DNA from: Candidatus Latescibacterota bacterium
GTDB lineage: Bacteria > Latescibacterota > UBA2968 > UBA8231
DNA length: 64,000 nt
Direction: 5' to 3'
Assembly: GCA_965203175.1 (NCBI GenBank)
Contig: OZ241867.1
Coordinates: 5,472,001-5,536,000, forward strand
Shown: piece by piece, positions 55,159 through 64,000 of the stretch
How the letters are laid out: each line of letters starts with the position of its first letter
How positions within the stretch are numbered: the first letter of the stretch is position 1
Translations under genes and position numbers: made by a program
The notes under the pieces: generated by a model
Told to the model about the DNA's origin: nothing
Databases searched by the model: none
Seen by the model: only the letters and a program-made list of their open reading frames with translations

Positions 55159-56349
55159 TTAATCGTACAGCCACGCGATCGGCCGGATGACAATTTTGCG
55201 GTGACGAGGCCAAGAGGGTGGATCTGTGGAAGCATCCAGTTGCGGGCCGAAATCGTAGAGCAGTACCACTTCATCCCCGAAGAAATGCGCGTTCGGATAC
55301 GACACGTATATCATGTCCGCCGGCAGCTCCCCGAGTTCTTTCTCGCCGCGCACCATACCGATTTCGTCGTCAGGAGCAACGCGGTCTGATCTATCCGCCG
55401 GGCCACCAACTTCGAGCGTCTTAAAGTTCTCCCAGCTAACCCCGTCATCCGTCGAGATGGCGAGCGATAAGCGCGAGCGGCGAAAGCCACGGCGGATCTC
55501 ATCGCCGCTCACCTGATTCCACACGCAGAGCAGATCGCCCGTAGTTGGGATCGTGCGCAGGCGGCATGGCGAATACGAGTTAGCCAGTTCCGTCGGCTGC
55601 GGCAACGACCAAATGAGTCCCTCGTCCTCGCTGACGCTCTGGTACAGGCGGCCCAGCGTCGTGCGGAACATCATCAGAAGCCGACCATCGCGGAGTTGGG
55701 CTGCGCCCGGTTCGTCGCACGGCCACATGCCGCCGTACCCGTCCTCGTGCCAAATCACAATGTCCTGCGGACCCCGTTGCCAAGTGGCACCCTCGTCGTC
55801 CGAAAAGTACACTTGGCTCGTGTCAATCTCCGGACTGTGAGCGTGGCCCTCTGTTTTGAAACGCTTCCCTTGGAAGGTGCCGTAAGCACCGGCGTCTCTC
55901 AGTTCTAGAAACCTGCAGGGCGGACAAAATCGCGTGGGCAAAACTAAGCGGCCCGACTGGAGTTGGAAGAGTACGTCGTGATAGTTGCTTGCGGTCTCAC
56001 CAAGCAGGTTGATGGAGACTTCTGCGGACCATGACTCACCTTCATCGTCGGAGGTGCGAAAACAGAGCGCATAGCCGACCAATGTTCCACCGCCTTGGCC
56101 ACTAAAGCGACCATAGAGGAGACCAAGCTTGCCCGACTGCAACCGCACCAAGCAGGTTGGATCGCCGGTCCCAATGATAGGCTCGCCACAGGTCTGAAGA
56201 GGTTCACTCTCCGACCAAGTTCTCCCCCGGTCTTTGGAGTAACTAACATTCAGTCCAGACCAAACCAACATCCAGCGCCCGTCCTTCAATTCGACCATAC
56301 CCCCGTGCGCTTGCGGGGCGCGGCCTGCAAACATCTTGGAATTTGCCAT
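55159..56349 (-). CDS. BNR/Asp-box (sialidase-like) beta-propeller protein
   Basis: Five S.D.G.TW-type Asp boxes; CDEP, M.R and YP motifs; no signal peptide. Confidence 0.82.
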   Translation of the reverse strand: MANSKMFAGRAPQAHGGMVELKDGRWMLVWSGLNVSYSKDRGRTWSESEPLQTCGEPIIGTGDPTCLVRLQSGKLGLLYGRFSGQGGGTLVGYALCFRTSDDEGESWSAEVSINLLGETASNYHDVLFQLQSGRLVLPTRFCPPCRFLELRDAGAYGTFQGKRFKTEGHAHSPEIDTSQVYFSDDEGATWQRGPQDIVIWHEDGYGGMWPCDEPGAAQLRDGRLLMMFRTTLGRLYQSVSEDEGLIWSLPQPTELANSYSPCRLRTIPTTGDLLCVWNQVSGDEIRRGFRRSRLSLAISTDDGVSWENFKTLEVGGPADRSDRVAPDDEIGMVRGEKELGELPADMIYVSYPNAHFFGDEVVLLYDFGPQLDASTDPPSWPRHRKIVIRPIAWLYD

Positions 56350-56411
56350 TATACGCGTCCTTTCCGAATGCTAACCCTTTCGTTTCAGTCACTTCGGTTT
56401 TGCATACCCTT

Positions 56412-57776
56412 TCACGCAGTTCGCACGGCAAACAAATCAGCGTCCTGTAACACCACCCGCAGACGCACCGGACGGCCCTTGAGCCCAGACAAGTCACCGC
56501 CTGCTTTCCAAGCCACTGGCGCGTCGAGTTGGTCGCCGTAGATCGGGTCCATTTCCTCCAAAGCATATCCAGACAGGGGCTGGCCCGACTCGTCTTGGAT
56601 TTCCACGCGTAGCGACCCCGCCGCTGAGGTCGCGTAGTTGAGGCGCAAGGCGGCCCCTTCCAACAGCAAGAGACGAGTGAGCAATTCACCGCCTCTATAC
56701 CCGGCCCGCACCGAGGCAAAACCATGTGGCCGCACCACCACGCGGCGCAAGCGGTTAGTTGACCAACCGTAATTTTCCGAAAGGTACATGGACCATTCGT
56801 CGTCGGCCGTTTGCACCAAGCCGGGAGCAGGCGTGCAACTGCGGTGGGACCAGTTGCGCTGATCCGTACCGGGGCGCACCCAAGCTTCCATGAAGGGGCG
56901 GTCCCAGTGGACGCCGTCGCGGCTGCTCATAAACACCGCGTCGGACAGACCCGACCCAGGATAATCCATCGCCGCGATGTCGAGCTGACGCTCGGGTAAA
57001 AAGCGCATGGGAAACGACAGCAAGATGTGCTCGGCACCGGGACAAGGCGTGGTGGCGTTGGTGTAGAAGTGCTCCAGCGATACGTCGGCGGCGTACTGGT
57101 GAGGCTCCGGTGCTGTCCAGTGGATGAAGTCCTCGGAGGTGCAACTCTGGATGGCTCGCACCCGAGCGCCAGTGGTGTCGGAGTAGCGGCTGAAGAGGCG
57201 ATAGCGCCCGATGTAGTCGTCCCACAGGGCGACGTTGACCGAGTCGAAAGCACCTGTGACGTCCAAGGGGCCTTCTTTGACCGGAGTCCAATGGAGGCCG
57301 TCGGGCGAGGCAAAACCGTGCAAGTTGGACTGGCCCGTGCCGCCCACGGCCTTGAAGCGTTGGCTCGGATCGGCTGCGGGATTGGCGTCGAGGAAGACGC
57401 AGAAATTGTGGCTCTCGTGGCCTTGGATGAGAACGTTGTTTTTGCGCGTGCCGTTGAATTCGACCAAGCCTAGTTCAGGTTGCTCAAAGTGGATGCCGTC
57501 GGTGCTGACGGCTAGGTTGGTAGTCTGGCTGGCGGCACCGTCGGCGTAGTCCGCGCCAATCGGATAGAAGCCTCGGTAGTACAGGAGGATACGGCCCCCG
57601 TCCTGAGTGAGATTGTAGCAGCCCGTGCAGGCATTGTCCCAGGGCTGGGAGACTTGATAGACTGCTTCGCGACGGACGGGCGAATGCAGGTGTAAAGCGG
57701 CCCCATCGAGATGTTCAATGAGAAAGTGATCGACGAATAATTCGCGGCGGGATCCCAAGGCGATGGGCGTGGTCAT
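56412..57776 (-). CDS. Glycoside-hydrolase-like beta-propeller protein
   Basis: RELFVD..LI, STDGIHF..P.LG, SPDGLHW, FDS.N, SRDG.HW, LRLNYAT; ATG 57776 preferred. Confidence 0.72.
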   Translation of the reverse strand: MTTPIALGSRRELFVDHFLIEHLDGAALHLHSPVRREAVYQVSQPWDNACTGCYNLTQDGGRILLYYRGFYPIGADYADGAASQTTNLAVSTDGIHFEQPELGLVEFNGTRKNNVLIQGHESHNFCVFLDANPAADPSQRFKAVGGTGQSNLHGFASPDGLHWTPVKEGPLDVTGAFDSVNVALWDDYIGRYRLFSRYSDTTGARVRAIQSCTSEDFIHWTAPEPHQYAADVSLEHFYTNATTPCPGAEHILLSFPMRFLPERQLDIAAMDYPGSGLSDAVFMSSRDGVHWDRPFMEAWVRPGTDQRNWSHRSCTPAPGLVQTADDEWSMYLSENYGWSTNRLRRVVVRPHGFASVRAGYRGGELLTRLLLLEGAALRLNYATSAAGSLRVEIQDESGQPLSGYALEEMDPIYGDQLDAPVAWKAGGDLSGLKGRPVRLRVVLQDADLFAVRTA

Positions 57777-57909
57777 GGCGAGGCTCCGGTTAGGGGACGA
57801 TTGAAAAGCGTAGTTTTGCAAGGAAAATACTGCGCTTTATAGCACCGTCAAAATGCTGGTAGAACACGATCTAGCGCAGGCCGTCGAATATCTCCCTTGT
57901 GTTGCTCCT

Positions 57910-57929
57910 TGTAACCGCATATAGTTACA
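57910..57929 (+). promoter_or_regulatory. Inverted repeat, candidate HicB operator
   Basis: TGTAAC-N8-GTTACA lies 3 nt before the hicA ATG. Confidence 0.55.
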
Positions 57930-57932
57930 TAC

Positions 57933-58178
57933 ATGGTCAGTCAGCAAAAGCTGCTCGACAAAGCAATCCGCAATACCAACGGGTTGCGCTTCAACGAATT
58001 TGAAACCTTGCTCAAACAATCTGGCTGGACCTTTGACCGACAACGGGGGTCGCACCGCATCTGGTACTCGCCCCAAGGGGTGCGCTTGTCAATACAGCCT
58101 AAGGGCAATCGGGCCAAAGGCTATCAAGTCGAGCAATTTTTACAATACTATGAGGAGGAACAAAGCGATGGCGGATAA
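57933..58178 (+). CDS. hicA: HicA-family toxin
   Basis: RF.E...LL...GW..DRQRGSHRI, QP.G..AKGYQV. Confidence 0.88.
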   Translation: MVSQQKLLDKAIRNTNGLRFNEFETLLKQSGWTFDRQRGSHRIWYSPQGVRLSIQPKGNRAKGYQVEQFLQYYEEEQSDGG

Positions 58179-58509
58179 CTTCGACGGCTTCTCGGTCAAT
58201 CTCTTTCAAGATGAAGACGGCGATTGGTTGGCGCACTTAGTAGAAATGCCCGGCATTTCGGCCTTTGCCGATACGCCGACCGCAGCGCTGGCAGAGTTGA
58301 CCGTAGCTTGGGAAGCGGCCAAGGAAAGCTACCGGGCGCACAACGAGCCGGTGCCGGTCGCCCCTGCCCGGAAAGAATACAGCGGTCAATTTAACGTGCG
58401 GATTGATAAACGCCTGCATCGACGGCTGGCAATGGAGGCCGGGCGGGCTGGTATTAGCATGAACGCCTTGGTAGCCCAAAAACTAGCTCGAGATTCACCG
58501 AGTCTTTAG
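58168..58509 (+). CDS. hicB: HicB-family antitoxin
   Basis: EMPGISAF.DTP..AL; KEYSGQFNVRI...LHR.LA.EA...GISMN; overlaps the hicA end. Confidence 0.9.
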   Translation: MADNFDGFSVNLFQDEDGDWLAHLVEMPGISAFADTPTAALAELTVAWEAAKESYRAHNEPVPVAPARKEYSGQFNVRIDKRLHRRLAMEAGRAGISMNALVAQKLARDSPSL

Positions 58510-58584
58510 TCGTGACAACGGCTCCATATACCAGCTCTTATTATCGCAAAGCAAGACGACCACCTCTGACAGCCCCAGCGCGTG

Positions 58585-59319
58585 TTATTCCATCACCTCG
58601 GCCTTGACGATGACTGCGTAAGTACGCCCGTCGATATTGGACCCCCCGACGATTACGGAATTGCCGTTTTTGATGTTGAGCGTGGTATTCAATAGTCTGC
58701 GAACCGGTCCGGGGCTTGTGCGTGTGATGGCAAGGTTCTGCACGCGAATTACTCCCTCGCCCTCGCCGATGAAAGTAGGCTCTACCCAAAAGCCGAAAAC
58801 CTCCACCTTGTGAGGGTAATGTGTATTGTCTAGCGGCACACCCTCCAGCTCTGACTCGACCCGCTGGCCGGATTTGGCGACCCAATAGCTGCTGCTCAAG
58901 ATGTAATAGCGCGGAAACTTGAAGATTTCTCTAAGCTGACCGCGTATTCCGTCGTCATCGGGGAGGTTCACTGCGTCAATCTCATTGTCTGTTGCCAGGA
59001 TCAATTGAACGTGCAGGGCGATGTCCTTGAGCGGCACATCAATCCGCGCCAAAATATCCCGCGCTCGCGCCAGCTCCTCCGCGCTCCCAAAGCGGATATA
59101 GTGCTTGTCGCCGATCGACTCACCCGTGCTGGTTCTGAGACCCATCACCTTCATCATCCCAATGAATTCTTGGAGCGTGATGCTTTGAAACTCAAACAGT
59201 CCGACTCCGGCGGGCAGGATCTCCTCAATGCGGTCCCCGTTCTGCGCTCGAGCTGGAGCAGTTAGGATACTGCTGCTTACTGCGGTAATTAGAGCACATA
59301 TAAAAATTCTGGCGTCCAT
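58585..59319 (-). CDS. Secreted protein with secretin-like fragments
   Basis: Signal peptide; ILARIDVP...I.LHVQLILA and LNTTLNIKNG.SVIVGG resemble the secretin N3-core junction and late core strands. Confidence 0.55.
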   Translation of the reverse strand: MDARIFICALITAVSSSILTAPARAQNGDRIEEILPAGVGLFEFQSITLQEFIGMMKVMGLRTSTGESIGDKHYIRFGSAEELARARDILARIDVPLKDIALHVQLILATDNEIDAVNLPDDDGIRGQLREIFKFPRYYILSSSYWVAKSGQRVESELEGVPLDNTHYPHKVEVFGFWVEPTFIGEGEGVIRVQNLAITRTSPGPVRRLLNTTLNIKNGNSVIVGGSNIDGRTYAVIVKAEVME

Positions 59320-59333
59320 CGCATTATCTCCTT

Positions 59334-59963
59334 TTACAAGAGAGTGTGGGGCAGAATCCAGACGACGTCAGTGTTAGAATCCTCCAAGTGTAGAAAAACC
59401 TGGGTACCCGACGGATACGCTATGGATTCGACCGTAGGGTACTTGCGCTCCAGTTCGGCGTCGCTGAGATCTTTTTTGCGGTCCAGCCGCTTGAGTAGCA
59501 ACCGGATTTGGCTGCTGCTCAATTCCTCAAACTGACTGGCGTAGTCGGCTGCCGGATTTTCCTCATCGAGCGCAGCGGTCGATGGCACGGCTTGCACGAC
59601 AGGCGCATCGGCTAGCGGTGTGGTCCCCTTTTCCCCACTCTCCCGCAACAGTCCCACCCCCGCGACTATTGTCGCTATCGCTGCCGCCACCCCTATCTTG
59701 ACAGGCCAAGCAAAGCGTCCCCTGATCTCCGTCGCGTCCGTCGCTAGTTTGGCAATTGTCCGCCCCGCTAGGTCTGCTGATGGTCGAGGCGCTGTCTGCA
59801 TCGCTAACTCGCGCACTTGATCGCGTGCAGCCGACAACGCCTCATACTCGGCTAGGCACCCCGGACACTGGCTTAGGTGCCGCTCCGTCCAACCCATCAG
59901 TCCCTTTCCCCAGTCCCCTCCCGCGTACAGGGGCAACAGCCTCTTCACTATGAGACAAATCAT
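59334..59963 (-). CDS. Zinc-finger (zf-HC2) membrane anti-sigma factor
   Basis: C...HLSQCPGC (HxxxCxxC) motif and a single TM segment; ATGA overlap with the sigma gene stop. Confidence 0.82.
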   Translation of the reverse strand: MICLIVKRLLPLYAGGDWGKGLMGWTERHLSQCPGCLAEYEALSAARDQVRELAMQTAPRPSADLAGRTIAKLATDATEIRGRFAWPVKIGVAAAIATIVAGVGLLRESGEKGTTPLADAPVVQAVPSTAALDEENPAADYASQFEELSSSQIRLLLKRLDRKKDLSDAELERKYPTVESIAYPSGTQVFLHLEDSNTDVVWILPHTLL

Positions 59964-60526
59964 CGCTCGCTCTCCAATCGTTGGCGCAGCCGTTTCCGCG
60001 CCTGGTGCAGATGCACCCGTGCCGTGATCCCGCTGCAATCAAGTATCTCGGCCACTTCCTCGAACGGAAACCCCTGTAGGTCGCGCAGGACGAACGCACT
60101 GCGCTGTTTGGGCGTCAACTCGTTCAATACCTTCTCCAGACTCAATTGCCAATCCACCGCCTCCTCTCTTGACGCAACAGGTACCTCGTCTGGCAACTCG
60201 GCGCGATGCGTACGCTGCTGCCGCCGCAGCAAATCGATCGCAGTATGGGTCACTATCCGATAGAGCCACGTCGAGAATTTGTGCCGAGCCTGATAGCGTC
60301 CCAGATGCCGATACATCTTGACAAAACTCTCCTGACACACATCCTCAGCATCGTCCCAATCCCCGACGATCTGAAAGGCCACCCGCATGGCCATCTCTTG
60401 GTGCTGCCGCAACAGCGCGGCAAAGGCATTGGCGTCTCCCTCCTTAGCGCGTACTATCAACCTGCTTTCGTCGAGGCTCATAGACCGCTTTCGAATCGGG
60501 ATCTCAATCCGCAACACCTCAGCCAA
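59960..60526 (-). CDS. ECF RNA polymerase sigma factor
   Basis: GD..AF..L, DAEDV.QE.F, FSTWLYRI, R..FVLR...G....EVA. Start is 60526 or 60481. Confidence 0.92.
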   Translation of the reverse strand: MAEVLRIEIPIRKRSMSLDESRLIVRAKEGDANAFAALLRQHQEMAMRVAFQIVGDWDDAEDVCQESFVKMYRHLGRYQARHKFSTWLYRIVTHTAIDLLRRQQRTHRAELPDEVPVASREEAVDWQLSLEKVLNELTPKQRSAFVLRDLQGFPFEEVAEILDCSGITARVHLHQARKRLRQRLESER

Positions 60527-60807
60527 AACGCAATGCCCTAGTCAAATGCGCATACATTGTAAAATTCGCTCCCAACCCCTATCGATGATTAAACGATCCC
60601 AGATCACTTTTTGTTTAGAAGGGGACTTGTTTTTTCGTCACCTCAATTTCCTAATCTTATTCTCTATGCCCCAACTCGCACACGTCTCGGCGCAATCCCC
60701 GACTTGGCTGCCCAGGCCAAAGGATATCTACCGAGTAGCCAAAAGTTGGAGATAAACCGGATGATCGCTATTCTTTAGTTGGAGTTAGCAAAAAAAGAGA
60801 GCCGACC

Positions 60808-61668
60808 ATGACTGAAAACGCAGTAGAAGACGAGAACGGAAGCGAAGCGTACGACCCCGATCTCTACGTCCCGACCGGAGAAGCCGAACCAGTCAACGGT
60901 TTGGAGCATATCAGCGACTCTGAGATCGAGCGCTTCAAAGCGCAGGGCTTCCTCGCCGTGGAGGGAGCCTTTTCGGACGCGCAGATGGCCGATGCCATCA
61001 AAGCGGTGGAAGATCTGATCGACGGCAAGAATCAGGGATTCAGGGGCGTGCAGTTCGAACGCGGCGTCAGGGATCAACTGGCGGGCGCTTCGGATGGCAA
61101 GCGACAGACATTGGTGCGCAAGCTGCAGCAGTGGGTCGGCTTCGATGCCCGCCTGGATTCACTGGCCCGGGATGCGCGCTTGCTGGACGTGCTCGGGGGC
61201 ATGATGGGCGAACCAGCCAAGCTCTACCGCCACCAAGCCATGCAGAAACCGGCCCGCATCGGCCGCGAGAAACCCTGGCACCAGGACCACGCGTACTTCG
61301 ATCTGCCCATGGACACAGAGATCATCAGCGTGTGGATCGCCTTGCAAGAGGCCCATCGCGACAACGGCTGCATGCACGTGATTCCGGGCAGCCACCTCGA
61401 AGGGCCCGTGATCCACTTCAGCAGACGGGACTGGCAAATCTGCGATACTGACGTGGCCAGGGAGCGCATCGTCGCCGTGCCGCTCAGGCCCGGGGGCATT
61501 CTGTTCTGGCACGGTCGGCTGCACCACGGATCGCCTGCCAACCGATCGGATCAAGGCCGGCGATCCCTGCAACTCCACTTCATCCCCTCCAGCGTCAGCG
61601 AGGACGAGACCTCAAGAGAGGAACGCCTCGCCGTGTACGGCAGCGAAGGCAAGGACGCGACCTGCTGA
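60808..61668 (+). CDS. PhyH family dioxygenase
   Basis: F.AQGF, KPWHQD, WIAL.....DNGC, HHGS.AN.S...R. Confidence 0.9.
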   Translation: MTENAVEDENGSEAYDPDLYVPTGEAEPVNGLEHISDSEIERFKAQGFLAVEGAFSDAQMADAIKAVEDLIDGKNQGFRGVQFERGVRDQLAGASDGKRQTLVRKLQQWVGFDARLDSLARDARLLDVLGGMMGEPAKLYRHQAMQKPARIGREKPWHQDHAYFDLPMDTEIISVWIALQEAHRDNGCMHVIPGSHLEGPVIHFSRRDWQICDTDVARERIVAVPLRPGGILFWHGRLHHGSPANRSDQGRRSLQLHFIPSSVSEDETSREERLAVYGSEGKDATC

Positions 61669-61722
61669 AGATTATTCATCGACTTCAACTGATATTGCAG
61701 TCCGGCACCTTGACATGACGGA

Positions 61723-61749
61723 AAAGAGTACAGCGGTCAATTCAACGTT
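61723..61749 (+). pseudogene. Tiny hicB-like remnant (KEYSGQFNV)
   Basis: AAAGAGTACAGCGGTCAATTCAACGT versus hicB 58372-58397 AAAGAATACAGCGGTCAATTTAACGT (24/26 identical). Confidence 0.5.
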
Positions 61750-62635
61750 CTTTCTGTCTTCGCCAGTGCTTTTGTCGCACCAGCGGCATCCAGCCAAACC
61801 GCTGGTAAAACCTTCCTGCGCCCGCTTTTTCATCATCTCGCGCAACAGACAGCACGACCCGGTCGCACTTAGCTAGCCGTAGCCATTCAACGGCGTGATG
61901 GACGACCCACGAACCAACTCCCTGATTGCGCATCGTTTCGCTCGTTTCGACCTCCGAGAGCTCAGCCCATCCTGCCAATGCAGGCAACTGGCCGCCTTCC
62001 GTGAGATCTGAAATACATTCGCAGTGCGCAATGTCGTTTCCATCTAACCGTGCGACAAATCGCGTGCCGAATTCCCCCACATCGCGATGGATCGTTATGC
62101 CTTTTACTGGCGGCTCACTAAGAGCAGCAATCTCATTCAGCGTGCCACCATAGACGGATTCGTCAATGTCTTCATTCGCGGAGTAGCCAAATTGTTCCAT
62201 TAGGCCGCTTATGTGCGGCCAGACATCCGGTATTCCCACGCAAGCAGGAACCGGCAAAGGCCCCGAAATCTGCTCGTCCACCACCTGCCAAGCGTTCATC
62301 TGTCGGCGGCATTCTGCCATAACTGCCGCGCCAGCTTCGCGCTCTTCGGGCCAGAACAAGATCCAATCAATGTCTCCAATCCCCTTACTGGGCGTGTCGT
62401 CGCCGTATCGGAGAAGATGTGCCGCCGCGCAAACGCGATTCCTGACTATGCCAACAATGGACTTTCTTTCGACAACCCAAGGATCCGTAATGTACTCCTG
62501 CGGCTCGCTCTGCAGGCGCTCCCAAAAGTAATCAGCAGTCAAGCTCCACCCAGGTATCACGGTACTGAGATGACTGTTGACGAGCGCCAAGACCTGGGGA
62601 AGATGAGAGCGATCTAGTGGTGCTATTTGTACCAT
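61742..62635 (-). CDS. GNAT-family N-acetyltransferase
   Basis: C-terminal R.QGVG motif A and A.RFYQRFGW. Confidence 0.8.
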   Translation of the reverse strand: MVQIAPLDRSHLPQVLALVNSHLSTVIPGWSLTADYFWERLQSEPQEYITDPWVVERKSIVGIVRNRVCAAAHLLRYGDDTPSKGIGDIDWILFWPEEREAGAAVMAECRRQMNAWQVVDEQISGPLPVPACVGIPDVWPHISGLMEQFGYSANEDIDESVYGGTLNEIAALSEPPVKGITIHRDVGEFGTRFVARLDGNDIAHCECISDLTEGGQLPALAGWAELSEVETSETMRNQGVGSWVVHHAVEWLRLAKCDRVVLSVARDDEKAGAGRFYQRFGWMPLVRQKHWRRQKER

Positions 62636-62674
62636 ATTTGGCTCCTCGGATAGATTGGTAGCTTCCCGTAGTTG

Positions 62675-63247
62675 CTAACCTTCGCCGTCCTCAAAATCCC
62701 GGTACGCGCGGCTAGCCGTGGGCACAGTCTGTCCCTGATATTTGCTGCCCAGCCCCGGCGAGCCGTAGGGATTGTCCGCTGGCGTCGATAGCTGCAGGAA
62801 CGAGAGCTGCCCGATCTTCATGCCCTGATACAGCGTGATGGGCAGATTCGCCACATTGCTCAGTTCCAGCGTCAGGTGTCCCTTCCAGCCGGGGTCCACA
62901 TACCCCGCAGTCGAGTGAATCAGCAGCCCGATGCGCCCCAGCGAACTCTTGCCTTCAAGCCGAGCCACCAAGTCGTCCGGTAGCTCTATCGTCTCAAGGG
63001 TGCTGCCCAGCACGAACTCGCCCGGATGCAGCATAAACGGCCGATCGCCAATCTCCTCCATCTCAGTTAGGTCGCTCAAGTCCTCGCGCACGTCGATGAA
63101 TGGGCGGCGCGAATTGCGGAACACGAGAATGTGCTTGTCGAGATGAACATCAACGCTGGCGGGCTGAATGCATCCCTCCCCCAGCGGCTCGACGACGATC
63201 TTGCCTTCTGCCAGTAGCGTCTTGATTACGCGGTCACTGAGAACCAT
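62675..63247 (-). CDS. dcd: dCTP deaminase
   Basis: [47 protein letters not shown]; GGAGG before ATG 63247. Confidence 0.95.
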   Translation of the reverse strand: MVLSDRVIKTLLAEGKIVVEPLGEGCIQPASVDVHLDKHILVFRNSRRPFIDVREDLSDLTEMEEIGDRPFMLHPGEFVLGSTLETIELPDDLVARLEGKSSLGRIGLLIHSTAGYVDPGWKGHLTLELSNVANLPITLYQGMKIGQLSFLQLSTPADNPYGSPGLGSKYQGQTVPTASRAYRDFEDGEG

Positions 63248-63395
63248 TTTTCCTCCAGACTTTTTATCGTTCACAACCCGATTTTAGCAACATAAGAGAT
63301 TTGCACCATCTTAAATAAGCGGTCGCCTCATTCTTCGCAAAACTGACGACGAGCGAAAACGCCAACCACCATTCCAACGCAGAAAGACTAACATC

Positions 63396-64000
63396 ATGGC
63401 TTTCAAATACAGCTTGCAGTGCGACACGCTTCCGTGGGTCGGCTACAACCTCCTCGAAGAACCCGATGTAGTAATACAAGCCGCCGCAGAAGCCGGGTAC
63501 ACCGGCATCGATCTGCCGGGTAACCCCGAGAAGATGGATGGCCGCGAATGGCGTCGTCGGGTGGAAGACGCCGGCCTCGTCGTCCCGGAAGTCCTCGCGG
63601 CTTGGGGATACTACCACGCCGGCGAGGAGCGCAACCTCGCCAGTTCCGACCCAGAGAAAAGGGCACGCGCCGTGCACTACGCCAAGGACACCGTCAATTT
63701 GGCGGCCGACGCTGGGGCCAGCTTCACGGAACTGTGCGCGGCCCAGCCAGCGGTTCCCCAGTTGCCGTTTCCCCTGGAGCCGGTGGAGACCCTGCGCAAC
63801 AACTTCCGGCAGTCAATCCGGGAAATCTGCGAACACGCGGCAAGCCGCGACATCACCATCCTGCTGGAACCGCTAAACACGTATGAGGGCCTCCCCGGCG
63901 TGCTGACGACGATCTACGAGGCGGTCAACTACGTCGATGAACTCGGGCTCGACAATCTAGGCGTGCAGCCGGACGTGTATCACATGAACATCGAAGAAGG
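63396..64000 (+). CDS. Sugar isomerase/epimerase TIM barrel (ketose 3-epimerase-like), 3' truncated
   Basis: Not in the ORF track. Manual translation MAFKYSLQ...EAGYTGIDL...LLEPLNTYE...DVYHMNIEE stays open to the window end. Confidence 0.88.
   Translation, partial: MAFKYSLQCDTLPWVGYNLLEEPDVVIQAAAEAGYTGIDLPGNPEKMDGREWRRRVEDAGLVVPEVLAAWGYYHAGEERNLASSDPEKRARAVHYAKDTVNLAADAGASFTELCAAQPAVPQLPFPLEPVETLRNNFRQSIREICEHAASRDITILLEPLNTYEGLPGVLTTIYEAVNYVDELGLDNLGVQPDVYHMNIEE

Overview
GC-rich bacterial chromosomal segment. The gene content (PorV-like gene, many FlgD/T9SS-type C-terminal domains, a TWGxIK-tailed protein, a DUF6785-type membrane protein, three PhyH paralogs, Ni-SOD) suggests an FCB-superphylum lineage such as Latescibacterota/Handelsmanbacteria; this is inference. 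A housekeeping run (uvrC, xerD, NitT/TauT ABC, ecfT, truA, htrA, pssA, tatA, gatA, porV-like) sits among accessory genes. The most striking feature is a family of nine uncharacterised secreted paralogs in two subtypes, A (~670 aa) and B (~780 aa). They occur mostly as tightly coupled A-B pairs (33.5-49 kb, plus a divergent pair at 0-3.6 kb), with variable discoidin-like N-terminal regions, a conserved core, a TPNGDGx(N/H)D/FlgD C-terminal domain and a terminal x-(A/S)-Y. A 2230-bp tandem duplication is visible inside the array. Its two gene copies differ almost only in the N-terminal half, and its junction leaves an in-frame 38-aa chimeric mini-ORF. Also present are two multi-lamin-tail-domain secreted proteins and three toxin-antitoxin modules (one AbiE cassette bracketed by a perfect 19-bp direct repeat, two HicAB with candidate operators). 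There is also an ECF sigma/anti-sigma/mini-secretin-like triad and scattered sugar-acid and glycan catabolic genes. No rRNA, tRNA, CRISPR array or transposase was recognised. All family calls come from motif recognition by eye; no database search was run.
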